A stretch of DNA of 63,248 nucleotides, the filler included, from Hausera hauseri (Eukaryota), in NCBI GenBank assembly GCA_046269625.1. It is 12 parts of 12 records of this genome, joined end to end, with 100 filler letters (N's around TTAATTAATTAA, not from the genome) between each part and the next. Parts side by side here need not be neighbours in the genome. Positions count along the whole stretch, not along the records: positions 20,184 to 24,389 come from JBJURY010702105.1; positions 24,490 to 29,451 come from JBJURY010377257.1; positions 29,552 to 35,967 come from JBJURY010102987.1; 9 more parts are not named here. One strand, written 5' to 3'. Shown here piece after piece: positions 21,647 through 34,085 of this stretch. The notes under the pieces are model-generated. The model ran no database searches and was not told the origin of the DNA. It was given only the letters and a program-made list of their open reading frames with translations. The stretch's first letter is position 1, and each line of letters begins with the position of its first letter. Position numbers and translations under genes: made by a program.

Positions 21647-24389
21647 ATTTGATTCGTTTTTCCGACCTCCAACGTCTGTCGTTGTCAGGCTACGTAACAT
21701 ATCATCAAATTTATTGTTGTTTCGCTTATTTTCTTCTTTGTCAAATAGTTTTGCCCAATTTACTTCACAGGGCATTCTTCTTACTGCTTTTTGTGCTAAG
21801 CTTATTGCCCGATTGATTTGATTTTCGCGATTGGGATTTATTTTGATAGCTAAGTATAATAACACTTTTCTCAACTCCTAGATGGTGTTTTCTACCATGA
21901 TCTTTTCTATTACTGACTCATCGGTTAAGTTACTTTTTGATAGTTTGAAACGTGAACTTTTCATCATTTTGGCTGCATTAAATATTATCTTTTCTTTATC
22001 ATCTAACACATCTCCCCGAAAACTAGAATAATTCACAATTCGTATTAAATTTTTCATCAGCTCAGTTAATTCGTCATTCTCCGTGCTAAGAGTTGGAATC
22101 GATATTTGTCTCAATTCTCTAATTAACTCTCCACTGTAATCTATTTATTCTCGCAATTTTCTAGGTCTACCTACTGGACATTTCAGTCTCGGACCCTTAG
22201 TGATTGATTCACTTAGTGGTACTAAATTTATGTCGTATTGTTCCTTATCTTTGTCCGTTTGTAGATACTCAAAATACAGGGCAGCGTCTCGGACTCCCAT
22301 GATTTGTCCTACGCATTGTTCTGTTTTAGCTTTACGTGTGGCTTCTTCTTTTGTCTGTTCAATAGCTATTACTGCCACTATCCGATTTTTTTCGTCGGGA
22401 ATAATCCCGACGTCTATCAATTGTTCCAAGTCATCTAATATTCTACCTCTAAAATAAAATCTGTAATTTAACTCATTTGTCCCGCCATTGTTTACTAGCC
22501 ATTCTCTTACGTCCTTTACGTAGGAATCTGTAGTCAATTCGCATTCTTTTTCGTCCATCCATTCGGATGACACTATTACTTTTATCGTCACCACAGGTTT
22601 AGCCCTCAAGAATTTAGCGTACTTTCTTATCAAAAGTTTTAGCACCGTACTATATATCGTGTTTTCGCTAGATAATTTAGTTAGAGTTGGAATAAGTTGT
22701 CATAGTTTATTTTCGGTCATATTTACGTTAATTAACTCAATCAAATCCTTTTCAATTAGTGCTGAATCCAGTAGCATCTCCACATTGAACCTCCTGTCCC
22801 GCGGACATGTTTCTATTTCATTTAGTTGTACTGGCGTCGTAGCTTTCCCGGAAAGTATCTCATCGAAGTATGCATCTCATTCGGGTTTGTTTCCGACATC
22901 TAGAAGTCGGTAGTCTACTAACGTCGTATTAGCTCTTTGGATGCTTTCCCGAATTTCCCTTAATCTAGGTTGTTTTTGTTTCATTTGCGTAGTTCGGAAA
23001 CCTACTCCATTCCCACAGGCATACTGGATCATTTTCAGTAATTCACCGAATACGTTTGAGTCGATGAGTCCCTTTTGGTGATAATCTGTCAATTCGAGAA
23101 TCACATCCTTTTGCTATCTTTGTACAAATTCTCGTTTATTCTTAATCTCTGATTCGGTAAGACCATATTTATTCCGATAGACTTCAAGCTCTTTTGTTAT
23201 TTCATCTAACTCTGTTTCTCTTTGTTTCGTTTTGATACATGTTTCTTCTACTTTCTGTATTTTGGGCATCAACTGCCTCATCTGATCATCACTGATTTCT
23301 GCCATTTCCAATAATAGATAGGCTAGCTCATACAACTCATAACCTTTGAATCAGGGTCCATTGCATCCTGAAAGCTAAAATGTGGGTCGTTTCCGATTTC
23401 TATCAACTTGCTATGGATGTTCTGGTCTGATCCGGCCATCCATTCTTGAGGTTCGTGTAGAAACCTTATTGCATCTGTTAACATATTTTGATATCCGGGA
23501 CAAATATCCAAGATTTTAATATCTTGTACCGAAATTTCGTCGATTGGTTTTCCTGTAGAGTATTGGACTCCTTCTAGTCGGACAATCCTTAACTTTAATT
23601 TTACATCATAAATCATATCCCGTTTCTCCGTAAAGCTCGTTTTTTCGATCAATTTGTAGATTTCCTCCATCGTTGATGCTTCTCGTTCCTGTTCCATAAA
23701 TTTTAGTTGTCGTAGCGCTTCAAATCGAGTACGGATGTCTATTTCTATTTGCAACGTGGCTAAATTGTGCGCACTTTCCTCTAATTGCTTCTTCACTGTT
23801 GGATCGCTTTGCGGAAATTCTGTTTTGCGATCTTCTACCAATCTGGTTAGTCGCATTACTAGTACGGACCATTCCGATAATTGATTTGCGATTACCGGTT
23901 TCGCCATTATGGCTTTATCTAGCATCTTGTAGGCATCTTCTAACTCATCATTCTGTCCTTTTAGGAAATTCGTAACTCGTCCGACATAACTAAACTCGTC
24001 CTTGTACTCGTCTAACTTTAAGATACAAGCTTTTATTACATATTGAGTATCCTCGTGGCTTGGAAACATAATACGGTTCCTCAACCCATAAATATATGCT
24101 CGTATTTCATTTTCTAATTTAATACGATTCTCTAAATTCGTATACCGTCTAGATACGGCAAACGTGAGTTTAATCATCTCCATCAAGGGAGGAATATCTA
24201 CTAGGTCTATACCAAATATTTCTAAATCGACATTACTTCGATCAACAACCGGTTTTTCTCTAAGTCTGTAAATCATTGCTAGGCGAATTTCATCCATCGT
24301 ACACTCTAGACTGCGAGTTGCTTTCTTTAATTTCGGGTTTACTTCTAGAGTGGATAGTAATGTCTGAGATTTAGTGACTTTTACGTCAA
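21647..24389 (-). pseudogene. Degenerate accessory polyprotein (helical region, ubiquitin-like domain, AT-hook), copy 2
   Basis: Homologous to C2. UBL at ~22370-22595, GRPRK at ~22160; the last segment runs in frame into the glycoprotein. Confidence 0.85.
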
Positions 24390-24489
24390 NNNNNNNNNNN
24401 NNNNNNNNNNNNNNNNNNNNNNNNNNNNNNNNNTTAATTAATTAANNNNNNNNNNNNNNNNNNNNNNNNNNNNNNNNNNNNNNNNNNNN

Positions 24490-27400
24490 ACAAACACTTT
24501 ACATCTGACAACCGTCAATGACGTATCGAAAGAAGCCGTCTATAATGGGATTAACGTTGGGTGTATCAACTGGTACTAGCCAAGTATGGGTTCAGACTAG
24601 CCATCAAACAGGCCTGAGATGGACATGGGCTCAAAACAACAACTGGCTAATGTTGGCTGGAACGGGGTCCTATATATATATCGGGGTGGAATAGACATAT
24701 CATCCAACTTATGAATAAAGTTAAATCGCAACTATTTAATTATAATTGACATATTGGCTAACAAATAGACAATTATAATATATAAAGTGAAATATAAAGT
24801 CCTACCCCCTCATGGTGCTACACAGACTCCCTGACTTGCGAAGACCGAACTATACCTCACGATAGTTGTCTTGCAAGTGAGGATAAGTACCTCAAAAACC
24901 CCTAACAACATTAATTTTTCCAAATGGCCCAAGCTGATTGGTGTTTAAAAAGGGTAAGTGACGTTGTATGACAACTAATTGATTAAAAACTAAATCTGCA
25001 AAAACTAAGAAACAAACAACCTTCTCCACATTTCCCCCTTTCTCAAGACGAAAAACCCACTGGCTTTTTCGCAACAATCATAAACATGGATGGAAACATC
25101 ACCATTGAGCAGTTCCTATTTTTCAATTGACTAACTAGGTACAAAAGAAGTGTACAACCCCACTTAAGTGTATATAAAACACAATTATATCCCATGGTAT
25201 AGAATGTCTTAACTAAAATGACAAATGAGATAGGAAAAAAAAAATTTCGACAATAGCTATCATGGTGCACAAAATAAAACACCATGAAATGAAATTATTT
25301 ACAATGTAACAAATCATAAAATTTATTATGCTATCCAAATGTACTTGAACAAGATAACCAATGTAAGTATGAAAAAAAAAAAAAACACAACCCACAAAAG
25401 TGTAATTAAACTACAAATGCAGGAACAGTAGTTTACATCATGTACTCATATGAAGAAAAAAAACAACCCCAAACACAAAGAGTGTTAAAATTTCATACTC
25501 AGCATAGCACTATATGCAAACCTTAATTTAAACACAATGATAGGTATTTAACACATGTAATATGTGTACAGTAACCAAAAATTACAAATTTTCATTGCAC
25601 CAACACTGATTTGTGTATGCAAAATGGCACAACATGACATAATACAATGAATACCTCTGCATATCAAGTGCAATTAATATTATAAAAAAACAAGTCAAAT
25701 AGGTACAAAATTACTGATAACTCAATGAATGAGCAAAGTATAAAAAAAAACGAAAGCAAAATCAGGTAAGTTGAACTAACACGTCATGTGTTCAAATCCA
25801 TATCTCTATGGTATATAGAGAACAATGTATGTACAGGTTCTTAAAACAAATACTGTCCCTTCCCAAAGACATCAGGATCATTCAATATTTTACCAACAGT
25901 GATAAAGACAAAGAGGAAAATATTAAATATAAATGTCAGAGTACAATGTACCATGACAAAACACACATGAAAATTAGAACTATCCTTTTATTGTGAACAA
26001 ATGAAACAATAATATACTACAAAAGAAGATCTCTCTTGTGAAGACACTGAATCAAGTAGGTCGCTTCTGGGAAGATGTGAAGCAACAGAACACATCAGAA
26101 TGACATCTGATCAGACACAGGATATCCTCTAGAATAGTGCAGAACCCAACAGATGAGCTGTTCAATGCTCCAGATATCCTCAGACAGTCAAAGAATGACA
26201 TGAATCTGCTGCCATTATGTTCAAGAAATGAATCTCAAACAACTGAGGAGAGAATCTGACCAACACAGAAAACAGATGTATTAGAACAAAGAAAATTAAG
26301 ACCACTGGGACAAAGCAAGTCAGCACTCCGTGAAGTGTTAACACCGCACTCCAAAAAAAATTAAATTGCTGATTAAGCCTGCTTCACCCAGTAGGTTCAT
26401 GAATTTCACATAAAATGTTGAATTAAGAAAACTATTTAATTTAAATTATGACTTAAAAAGTTTAAACTTTCCCCCTAGAAAATAATTCAACATAACAGTT
26501 AACTTCAAATTGTAAATAATTCGAAACTATTCAAATCCATATAAATTCCAAGTTGAAATCTCAGTATTTCAAAAGGAAACTTAACCCTTGGTGTATGACA
26601 ATATTTTGTACAAAAATGGGTTCTCAACAACCACTTTTTAACCCATAAGTGGTTATAATAAATTTAGTACTTAGTTAAATGCTCAACTATTAGACGCCTT
26701 AATGAATACATAACCCAGTATTCAAATTATCCAATATTACCTGATCAATAAAAAACACAGTCAACCAGAAAATATTTACTCTTCTTGTGGTATAAACAGT
26801 AATGAGTGCGCTATCTCACACTGTGCTTTACCACAAAAAGATCACACTCCAATACCTTTAAAGTATCCGATCATAAGATAAAACAATCACTAAACTAACC
26901 CAGAGGTTATAAAACTCAACCCTTGTCATTATAATCAACCAATCAGTAAATAAACAATAAATCACTGTTAAGTAAAACCTATCATTGATCAAGTAGTAAC
27001 CCAGATATTCCAAATTGATAGTACTAAACAAAAAAAACTATATCTACCCATTAAACTGAGTCATTAACTCACAACTGACAAAAAGTATTATTGTCAACTT
27101 ATTGAGTGCAAAAAAAAAAAATACTAAGCCATCATTGTCACATACATTCATGTCAGCAATGTTCACAACTCTCGTACTTTCTTGCCAACACTCAGCAAGA
27201 AACAGATACAATGAACATATGAATATAAGCTACTACTTATATTTCACAAAAACAACATGACTGGAAAAACACAAACACCAGTTGAGACTCAACATAGAAC
27301 AAAAACATAAATTTTCTCCATCTGATTCTTACACAGTCACTACTATCTTTCTTTCTCACATTCATAGCATTTTCCCATACTAACATCATTCTACCCAGAC

Positions 27401-29451
27401 TTTCCAACAAGAGTCAACAACTGTTGTAGGGGAATGGGAACAAATCCAGTATGTTAATCAATTGAATCGATTATTATCATCCAACAATCCCAAACACATT
27501 CGGGGATACATAGTATGGTTCCCTCATACAAACACAAATGGTACCGGTATTCCTGGATCCACCAATAATGTTGACATTAACCAACATTAACCAATCCTAC
27601 CAATGTAAGATGGATTTCAAAAACGTGGCTCCACGAGCACACATACAGTTTCCTCTGAAACTATCCACAATTGCTAGCACTACAAGACACCTATGGGATA
27701 AACCCAATAACTGACGTCACTCACAAAAATCATGCCATGGCCAATGGTCACACAGACCCCTGAATCATATACGCTATATGATCCAAACGTGCCTCACAAA
27801 AAAAACATTTAATTAATCACATGCCTGGTAAACCCCTGGTAAAAAAAATGACCAACCAATTGTAGACTGCTGTACTGGCTACAGAGTTACAAAAGGCAAA
27901 TGTCAAATACACACCCAAAATTACCACTTAGGGACTGTTACAGAATCAGGAAAACCTAGCGCTTCGAGTTCCCAACAATACCCAATGGGGAAGCTGTACT
28001 TCAATCACACAGACAATGCAGTGCGGTGTCAAGACACTACAAAGAGTACTTAGCTTTTTGTGGTTAGAGTCCAAGAGATCCATTTATGGAGCAGCTGTGA
28101 TGTAGGGAGGTCATCACCCAGATCCATCAGGGAAGATAATGAACTGCTGACCGCAGGCAAAAGGCACCGAAAACTTAAACAGCAGCCACACATGCAGGGG
28201 GGGATACAACAGGAGATCAACCAGGATCATCCCAAGAGCCAGATGTACATGTTATGAAAAAAAAATATGAGTTAACCACAAAATTCATAACATAAATGTA
28301 ATGTTATCAATATAAATGTATAATACTCTAAGTCCCACACCGTCATCTGAGGTGAAAAAAAAAAAAACCCAATAGACAGACTTCACAAAGTGACAAACTG
28401 TCAAAGACCAAAACCACCCAAAACTTAAATGTATAGATCCCAAAGAATGATCAGCAAGTAACTCAAGAAGGTTATTCGATAACACAAATGTCCTGAAAAG
28501 TAAAGAGGACAAGCTACCCAAGACATAGTCAGGAATACTAAATAGCACAGAAGTCCAAATTACAAGACCAGACAAGATACCCAAGACAAAGTCAAGGAAT
28601 ATTCAAATAAATAGAAGCTCAAGAAACAAGAAAGGATGAGAGCCCAAGATGAAATCAAGAGGTACGAGCACAAAGACCTAGGGCACAAAACTTGACAAGC
28701 CTACCAAGACGAAGTCAAGGAGGGTCACCTAATGAAAAAGACCAGAGGACAAAACCGGACGAGCCTACCAAGACGAAGTCCGGAGCTACTTAATAGCTAA
28801 TAAGTCCAAGGAACAAAACGGACGAGCAACCCAAGATGTCAGAACCCTCAATGCGATCTGGTTCAAATCCGAATAGGCAGAAGAGCCATCTCGTTAAGTC
28901 TAGGGTATATTTTCCAGATTTAATAAAGCACTGAGGAGAACTGCATACTATAATGATGAATATAATGTGTGTACACTTGTTTAATAAATTAAACCTCAAA
29001 ATGTAGAAAACACACAAAATATGAAGGAACAACAGAATACATATTAAATTTTACAAATTTAATATATAATTAATAAACCTGGCCAAAACACGGGCCAAGG
29101 ATGATCATGGAAGAAATGAAGTTTTAAATAAGCGTTTTAATAATAAAACAAAATTGAATGAATACTATTACTAAATGAGCATATAAGAAAAAAACAGACT
29201 ATAATCTTCTTAAAAAGAAGTAAAGTATGCTTAAATTGTGTAAATATATTAACTATCACACAATCACAAAAACAATGATATAATAAACTTGCCGGATGTT
29301 TGTAAGTTTACTGCAGAGAATGACGGGACCGTTGCCAACTGCCATTACAGTTCCAACAATAACGGTTTTCATTTACAAACACTTTACATCTGACAACCGT
29401 CAATGACGTATCGAAAGAAGCCGTCTATAATGGGATTAACGTTGGGTGTAT
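24490..29451. mobile_element. Circular or tandem 4,885-bp unit, possibly a collapsed LTR-like element
   Basis: 24490-24566 is identical to 29375-29451 (77 bp). A TATA run, AATAAA and TGTA...TACA ends lie around the junction. Confidence 0.6.
28505..28840 (+). repeat. Degenerate ~63-bp tandem repeat, 6 units
   Basis: CCAAGA core at about 28518, 28581, 28644, 28704, 28768 and 28831. Confidence 0.8.
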
Positions 29452-29939
29452 NNNNNNNNNNNNNNNNNNNNNNNNNNNNNNNNNNNNNNNNNNNNTTAAT
29501 TAATTAANNNNNNNNNNNNNNNNNNNNNNNNNNNNNNNNNNNNNNNNNNNNGAATTGGAAAGCCATGGAATTTCATATGAAACAATATGAATATAAAAAA
29601 TTGTTGTACAAAGAAAATTTATGAAAAATTTAAATAACTTTAAAAAAATTGAAATCCAACTAGTGTTATTTATTTAAACAATAAATTTTTGATTCTTTTT
29701 ACAAATTCAACATTCAGATCACCAATTGGGTGAATGTGGACACCACAATTGAGTACGATAGTTTTTGAGATGGTTTCCGGAAGAGGGAGACTCATTACTC
29801 TCAACGCTAGAAATATAGCTATTCGAGGTATGATAATGTACAAGATCATTTACAAAATTTTTATTTTTTAAAATTGATTTGATATTCATTCTTATAAATG
29901 AATTGCACGCTCGTAAAATTGAATGTAAATCCGATAAAA

Positions 29940-31250
29940 CTAATAAAATTTTGGAGAAGGGCTTCCCATCAAACGACGCTGTCTACAATCGATAATTAAA
30001 TTGTAATGTGAAAGAGAGTCTGATCCAAGGATTGGACTTTGCACATTGGCTATTGTGAATTTCCAAGAAAAGGGTTCAGAGAAGCCTGATAGGGAAAAGG
30101 AAAGATTTGCTGTGCCAATGGTGCGCAACGTTTCACCATTGGCTGTAAATAATGGTTTACTGATTAAAGAAGATTTTTGCTATTCATAAAAAAGAGGAAG
30201 AAGTGAGACTGCAGCTCCAGTATCAATGAGGAAAGACATGGAAGAATTTTTAGACGTAATGGTAGCCTGCAGTTTGAAGACATTAAAATATGCATTACGG
30301 CTGTTTAGTGAAGCGTTTGAGCCTTGGTCATAAGTTGCCGTGACTTCTGGTGGCGTGGTTAGTTTTCTGAAGGCGCCATTGAGTGTGACTATGCCGAAGA
30401 ATTGTAAAATTTCCAGCTTTGTATGCACTTTCGAGCATTGTCGTGAAATTTATTGTGACAAATGTAGACAGACTCATTTGATATCAAGCTTTGATTGTAA
30501 AATCTGCATCCTATGCAGTATGTATTTGCGTTCTGCTTATATTTGGAGTGAAAAAAGCAGGTCGGACCGCGCACAGGAGAACTGTTGCGCGAAGAGCGAC
30601 TCGTCTTATGGGGAGCTGCCGATTCCAAGAAAAAAATTTGCGTGGCAATATCATTTGATTGAGCTTATCTGTGATGACTGTAATTGCTTGTCGTATTGCG
30701 ACATTCTATATGCAATGATTGAAGCTGATTAACAGTGTTTGTTATTGTGTTTTGATTGTATATTTTTGGTGCTCTCAGTACTGCTGCAATCGTGAGTTGA
30801 TTTTGACTATGTATTATATCAAAGCTTTTGTCAGCCAACTGTGCCAAGTTTTCCAGTGACGCACTCTTCTCAACGACTGTTAGAAGAGCTCGAATTTCCT
30901 TGGGCAAGGGTTGCAAAAAATAGAGTCTTAAGAGATCGGAATTGGTTGATTGTGTTAAACTTAGCGTGATCAGTTGCGATAAAGAAGTTCGAAGAAAGTC
31001 TGAGGGTTTGGTATTGCCCAAGGTGTTGCCATTGAAGTATTTTTGGATTATTAGGCCTATAGAAGGTTCATCAAGTTTGAGTATTGCAGAATGTAGGGAG
31101 TTGTAGGGGTGAGCTTCTATGAAAATTTCGGATAGGTCTACAAGGCGCGACTTTAAAGAGGAAGGCAAATAGACGAGCAAGTTATTGGCTTTGAGAAACG
31201 GTTCAGTGAGTTTGTGTGCATTAAGCCACTGGACGTGAAAATCTAATCAG
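29940..31250 (-). mobile_element. Ty3/gypsy gag-protease remnant
   Basis: LGNTKPSDFLR gag motif, CFFH...C...C knuckle, FLIDTGAAVSLLP and ILGSD; same gag/protease type as C3. Confidence 0.88.
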
Positions 31251-32212
31251 GTACAATGTGAGTTTTGATTGTCAAGGAAGAAATCTACGCATTGGTACGT
31301 AGTGTTGATGGTGGATTTGGTAAGATGGACGACTGGAATTGTGTATGTCTTTTTGGTTTCGGAAGTGTCGGAATTGATATCAGAGCAACCAAAAAGTCTG
31401 GGTGTGATGCGAATAATGGGAAAGACAGATCGGAAAGGCATGGATATAGGTGAGTTGTCTGTTGGATGAAGAAGAAAACCGTTGATATGTAGGTAGAAGT
31501 TTCTAAAAGATAGATGTTTTGTGATGAATGAATGGAGGTGTTGTGATTTTGTGTATGCGTATGTGTAATATTCATATAGATGTTTATTATGGTAAAAGAA
31601 GGAAATGAAAGTGCGCAATTGGGTGCTAGCTGCATAATGTGGTGGCCCCTGACGCCTCGCAGCCTGATCCGCGACCTTGTGGCATGGAACCGAAAATGAA
31701 ACTGCGCCACAGTGGAAATGACATATTAGAAAGTAGGAGGATGTGAGGACATGGGGCCAACCCCCCCCCCAGGATTGGAATTCAATATTCAATAATCAAT
31801 ATTTTTATATGGCAAATTTTGGAAATCAATATTTTATATAGGAAAAATTTGGCGCAGCCGGGGTTTCACTATTTCCACCCCCAATTTCTTTAAATTTTGC
31901 AAAATTGATATAAATACCCTTGTGTAAGTGTCACTTGTGAATAAAAATGTCTCAACCGGATAATTTGTCAACATTAAAATCGAAAATGACACTTTATGGA
32001 GCATTGTTAAAGTTGAAAGAAGAAGAAATTCATCAAGGATTACACGAAGTTTAGCCTTTGTTTTCTACGACAGATGATTTAGTGTATATAGCACCAGAGG
32101 TTCTGTTGGAGTTAGTACGAAGCAGACTGATTTATGCTACTCCGATGATTCATAAAATAGACAAAATGGTAGAAGAATTGGGAAATAGTCAGAAGGAACT
32201 AAACAATGTAAT

Positions 32213-32948
32213 TGTTACAGTTGGGATGGCCCCTACCGTCTCCCACTATATCAGTATTTAAATTCAAGTTAGATCGCTTTTCAGCAGGTTAGGATTACTC
32301 GTTCTCGAGTAATCTGCTTGTGCCTTATTAAGTTTAAATAAATTATATGCTGTACTGCTGGTACTTCGTGCGGTTTAGATGATTGCCTTAGTTTATAAAT
32401 TCTCGACTTAACTATTTGATTTTAAGTATAAATTTACCCTTATGGTAGTCAAATCGTCCTTAAGGGACGATGGAAACTAGAGAGTGATTTTAACAACAAA
32501 CGAAATAAAATTAACCTTTATTTTTCGACACCAATAACACAATAATTCTTCAAGAATGATTCACTAATGATAACGTCAATAATAATTTGCATTTTTGTTC
32601 AACTCGGAATTTGGTTTCGTCAACAATATCGCTTCAGTTAAGATTTGGTTGTCCGACTCTAAGTCGTACACTGATTTCGTTCCTGAACTTCTGATTTCTA
32701 TCGTTTTGTAATCTGCTTATATAGCAGCAGATCTTGCAGTACAATATTTGTTTTCACTTAAATTCAATTTCGTAGACTTATGTACAAATAAAACTTAATT
32801 ATCTAGATTTCTAAACTACTTCGGTATTTGTTTATTTCACAATTCTCCATTTTCTTATTCACTCAATTTCTATTAAAATAATATTTACATTTTCAATGGT
32901 AATTCACAATGTTAAAAATTTTCAATTTTCTCCACGAAATGACTGTAA
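32213..32948. mobile_element. Probable solo LTR interrupting an ORF that starts at ~31948
   Basis: Begins TGTTACAGT and ends ACTGTAA (terminal CA missing); non-coding interior. Confidence 0.4.
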
Positions 32949-33169
32949 TTTTCTCCCATGTATGTTTTCATAAATTAGTGGAAATTTACATTGTTTTAAC
33001 ATTGCTTTGAGTATTTTGTATATATATTTTACTTTATGTAAGATTAATTTTAAACCCTGAAATGAACTGAAATGGAGATCATTATCGGCGATGACGATAA
33101 ATGGTATGATCCGAGAGCAGTCTGAAACGTTCTGGGCCTTTCAATAAAAGAAAATCTTTCATATTTTCC

Positions 33170-34085
33170 AATAATTCAATACTACCATTAAAGTTTGTTT
33201 CTGGAAGGTATGCAAAAAATCCATTTACGGCTTCAATGGATTCGTCATTTGATGTAAAACGCTTTCCAGACAGGAATTTTTCAGGTTTTGAAACAGATAA
33301 TAGTTAAAGGGAGCCAAATCTGATGAATACGTTGGATGTTCAATCAATTTGTACTTCAATTCGTTGAATTTTTCCATCGCTAAATCACCTGTGTGAACAC
33401 GTGCATTGTGTTTTTCTTCTTTAAAGCAGGTCTTTTTTACGATTTTTTTTCATCCAACTGATCAAAAAGATTGCAATCATATTCAAAATTAATTGTTTTA
33501 TTTTTTTGAAGATAATCCATCAACAAAACGCCCTTGTAATCCCGAAAACTGTTACCATAACCTTCCCTGCTGATGGAACAGCCTTTGACTTCTTTGGTGC
33601 ACTTCCACCGGTTTCAATCCATTGTTTCGACTGCTTTTTTGCTCCGATGTATACTGGTGAATCCAAGTTTCATTAGCAGTTATGAAACGACACATGAGAT
33701 CCATTTTATTTTCCTTAAAACGATTCAAACACGCCTGAGAAATACGCATTTAAACACGTTTTTGTCAATTGTTACCAAATGCGGCACCCATCTTGCAATC
33801 TTTTTATATGCAAATCTTCATGCAAAATATTTCCAACTCGTTGTTTAGGGATGCCTGTAGCCTCAGCTATTTCACTCACTTTCACTCGTCAATCATCTAA
33901 CACCATATCATAGATGTGTTCAAAGATTTGTGGTGTTGTAACTGTTTTTGGACGATCTTCGGGTAGATCCTCTTCGAGGCTGGAAGGAGCAGATTTAATA
34001 AGAGCAACCAATTTTTTTACAGTGAGAAGTGAAAGCGATGCATACTTATACAATTTTGACAATTTCTGATGAATTTCCTTTGGAC
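33170..34085 (-). mobile_element. Mariner transposase remnant
   Basis: RPKTVTT, FITANETWIHQY, NARVH and HPTYSSDLAP (YSPDLAP motif), with multiple lesions. Confidence 0.9.

Noticed and set aside
27430-27780. Integrase relic in the circular unit (GNK..IDYY, YGI..ANG)
   Set aside because: Too degenerate to support by eye; needs a profile search.
28505-28840. CRISPR array
   Set aside because: Repeats are degenerate, linkers resemble each other, there are no cas genes and the context is eukaryotic.
24490-29451. Mitochondrial or small viral genome
   Set aside because: Strand skew is suggestive, but no respiratory-chain, Rep or capsid motifs were recognised.
31850-31862. TGGCGCAGCCGG as a tRNA-Ser primer-binding site
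   Set aside because: No LTR end (CA) immediately upstream.
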